From contig OZ251518.1 of NCBI GenBank assembly GCA_965242965.1, positions 5,344,001 through 5,408,000 of the forward strand: DNA of 64,000 nt. The letters run 5' to 3'. A program made the position numbers and the translations under genes. A model generated the notes under the pieces. That model was not told where the DNA came from and made no database searches. It worked only from the letters and a program-made list of their open reading frames with translations. This stretch comes from Candidatus Poribacteria bacterium (GTDB lineage: Bacteria > Poribacteria > WGA-4E > WGA-3G). Of the stretch, positions 61,833-64,000 are shown piece by piece. Position 1 is the first letter of the stretch. Each line of letters begins with the position of its first letter.

Positions 61833-63038
61833 TTAATCTGAGTATGGATCGGCGGCATCGCGCAGGGCATCCCCTAAAAAGTTGAAGGCGATAACTACAA
61901 CGAGGACCGGCACTGCCGGAAAAATCAGCCACGGATAGTGGAGCAAGACGGTGACGCGCTGTGCCTCTTCCAATAGCACTCCCCAACTCGTCATCGGTGG
62001 CCGGATGCCTAAGCCGAGGAAACTGAGCGAAGTCTCTCCCAAAATCATACCGGGGATGGCGAGGGTAGCGATGACGATGATATGGCTATAACACCCCGGC
62101 AGTAAGTGTTTAGTGATGATGTGCCAATGTCCGGCACCGGCGGCGCGTGCCGCCATCACGAAATCGCTCTCCCGATACGCAAGCACCTTGCCGCGCACCT
62201 GCCTCGCCAATCCACCCCAGCCGATAATCGACAAAATAATCGTGATACCGAAGTAAATCTGGATGCTGCTCCAGCCGGGAGGTAAAGCCGCACCGAGTGC
62301 CATCCACAGCGGAATATTCGGAAACGCCGAGAGGATTTCAATGATGCGCTGGATGAGGTTATCTACCCACCCGCCCCAATAGCCGGAAATCGTGCCGAGG
62401 ATGGAGCCGAAGACGATACTCAAAAATACGCCGACTAAGCCGAGTGTCATTGAGACGCGCCCACCGTAGATCATCCGAGAAAGCAGGTCGCGTCCCATCC
62501 GGTCCGTGCCGAACAGGAACATCGGGCCCTCGGAACTAAACAGATGCCGCCGCCCCTTCGCATCCTTGAAAAAGAGCGTGACAGGATGCCGTTGCTCCAC
62601 ATCTCGCGTAAATTCCAACTCAAGACTTTCCGGATTGCGAACCGACTTGAGTCCGTAGACATACAGCCCTTCGCTGGGCGAAAAGTGCAGGCGTTGCGGC
62701 GGCACATGACGCAGCCGCATGTTAATCTCGTTATAGTGATACGGCGCGAAGAAATCGGCACCGAGCGCGACGATGTAAAAGAGGAGCAGCACCCCACCCG
62801 CGATGAGCCCCATCCGATTCTTGCGAAATCGCTGCCAGATGAGTTGACGATAACTCAAGTGTCCTAATGCTGAAGAGCCCTCGGCATCTTCCGGTGAGCC
62901 CGGGTCATTATCGTAGCGCGGGGGCCTGTCCCCCGCGTTTCCCCTGTCTGCTGGCCCGGTGTTATCGTAGTGCGGGGGCCTGTCCCCCGCGTTTTTCCGG
63001 CCTGCTGTCTCATGAGCGTTTGAATTATCGTTATTCAT
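61833..63038 (-). CDS. Peptide/oligosaccharide ABC transporter permease (DppC/OppC type)
   Basis: LFGTDRMGRDLLSR, FVMAARAAGA, FNFLGDALRDAADP; start overlaps the upstream stop (ATGAATAA). Confidence 0.93.
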   Translation of the reverse strand: MNNDNSNAHETAGRKNAGDRPPHYDNTGPADRGNAGDRPPRYDNDPGSPEDAEGSSALGHLSYRQLIWQRFRKNRMGLIAGGVLLLFYIVALGADFFAPYHYNEINMRLRHVPPQRLHFSPSEGLYVYGLKSVRNPESLELEFTRDVEQRHPVTLFFKDAKGRRHLFSSEGPMFLFGTDRMGRDLLSRMIYGGRVSMTLGLVGVFLSIVFGSILGTISGYWGGWVDNLIQRIIEILSAFPNIPLWMALGAALPPGWSSIQIYFGITIILSIIGWGGLARQVRGKVLAYRESDFVMAARAAGAGHWHIITKHLLPGCYSHIIVIATLAIPGMILGETSLSFLGLGIRPPMTSWGVLLEEAQRVTVLLHYPWLIFPAVPVLVVVIAFNFLGDALRDAADPYSD

Positions 63039-64000
63039 ATCGAATCCTCGGGTCTACCCATGCCAGGGCGATGTCTGCTAATAGGTTTCCGATGACGAGG
63101 AGCAGACTCAGCATCATCAACAGCGTGCCAGCGAGGTAGATGTCTTCGTTGAGCAGGCTTCTTAAGAGTATCGGCCCCACCGTCGGCAAACCGAGCACGA
63201 TGGAAACGATAGCGGAACCGGAGAGGATGCCCGGCAGGCTCATCCCTAAAATGCTGATGAGCGGATTGATGGCGATGCGCACAGCGTGCTTCCCGACAAC
63301 GACAATTTCTTTCAATCCCTTTGCACGCGCAGTCTGCACGAACGGCTGTCCTAGCACGTCAAGCAGATTGCCGCGCATGATGCGCATTAAACTCGCCGTG
63401 CCGTTGACACCCACGACAATCACGGGAATCCAGAGATGTTTGATCAAATCTCCTAGTTTGCCCCATGTCCACGGCGCGCCTTCATAGTAGGCGGAGAAGA
63501 GCCCGAACAACGGCACGCCGAAAATGTCGAACGCGAACACCATCAGTGACAACGCCACGAGAAACGCCGGCAGCGACATCCCCACAAAACTGAGGAACGT
63601 CAAAAAATGGTCTGACCATTTATACTGGTGCGTCGCCGAATAAATACCGAGTGGAATGGCAACGACATACGTGAAAATCAACGAACCGATGGAGATGATT
63701 AGCGTGAACGCAAGTCTATCCCATATCAGTTCATGCACCTCGCGTTTATACTCAAACGATTCGCCGAAATCGCCGCGCACGAAGCCGCTCAGCCAAATGA
63801 AATAGCGTTCCCACAGCGGCGCGTTCAAGCCATAACGTTCTCGCAGTTCGTCGACTTGCGCGAGGGAGCTGCTATCGCCGAATTCTTCCTCAAGCCGCTG
63901 AATTTCCCTGTCAAGGTAATCGCCTTGCGGGAGTTGTATGATGATAAAAGAGATGATAGAAATCGCCAGCAGTGTCGGCAATGCGAGCAGACAGCGGCGC
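63031..64000 (-). CDS. Peptide ABC transporter permease (DppB/OppB type), 5' end beyond the window
   Basis: GDFGESF, TARAKGL, DIALAWVDPRIRYE. Confidence 0.93.
   Translation of the reverse strand, partial: RRCLLALPTLLAISIISFIIIQLPQGDYLDREIQRLEEEFGDSSSLAQVDELRERYGLNAPLWERYFIWLSGFVRGDFGESFEYKREVHELIWDRLAFTLIISIGSLIFTYVVAIPLGIYSATHQYKWSDHFLTFLSFVGMSLPAFLVALSLMVFAFDIFGVPLFGLFSAYYEGAPWTWGKLGDLIKHLWIPVIVVGVNGTASLMRIMRGNLLDVLGQPFVQTARAKGLKEIVVVGKHAVRIAINPLISILGMSLPGILSGSAIVSIVLGLPTVGPILLRSLLNEDIYLAGTLLMMLSLLLVIGNLLADIALAWVDPRIRYE

Overview
Bacterial chromosomal window of moderately high GC. Signal-peptide WD40 proteins starting W-x-LP-x-G-x-x-x-RLGKG, a giant cadherin/FN3/lamin-tail protein and the repeat families suggest a sponge-symbiont lineage such as Candidatus Poribacteria; this taxonomy is an inference. 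Housekeeping genes include eno, an ftsB-like gene, scpA/scpB, thrC, xylA, cstA, rsmI, a CCA-type nucleotidyltransferase and ABC permeases. Between them are defence loci: two type III-like restriction-modification (RM) loci, a PIN toxin fused to its antitoxin, tandem AAA/PD-(D/E)XK paralogues, a Schlafen/AlbA protein and a decaying AAA/PIN/STAS/Mod island. Two features stand out. (1) A dense, modular system of GTAG-headed hairpin repeats (REP-like, roughly 70-80 copies by eye) shows compensatory stem changes. Some are packaged inside MITE-like elements with 16-bp terminal inverted repeats (TIRs) and, in one case, a perfect 8-bp target duplication. Others have entered at least four protein-coding genes in frame. 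(2) A 2,200-aa adhesin has its start codon and signal peptide separated from the main frame by a C8 tract, a candidate phase-variation switch in the OFF state. No rRNA, tRNA, CRISPR array, reverse transcriptase or transposase gene was recognised.
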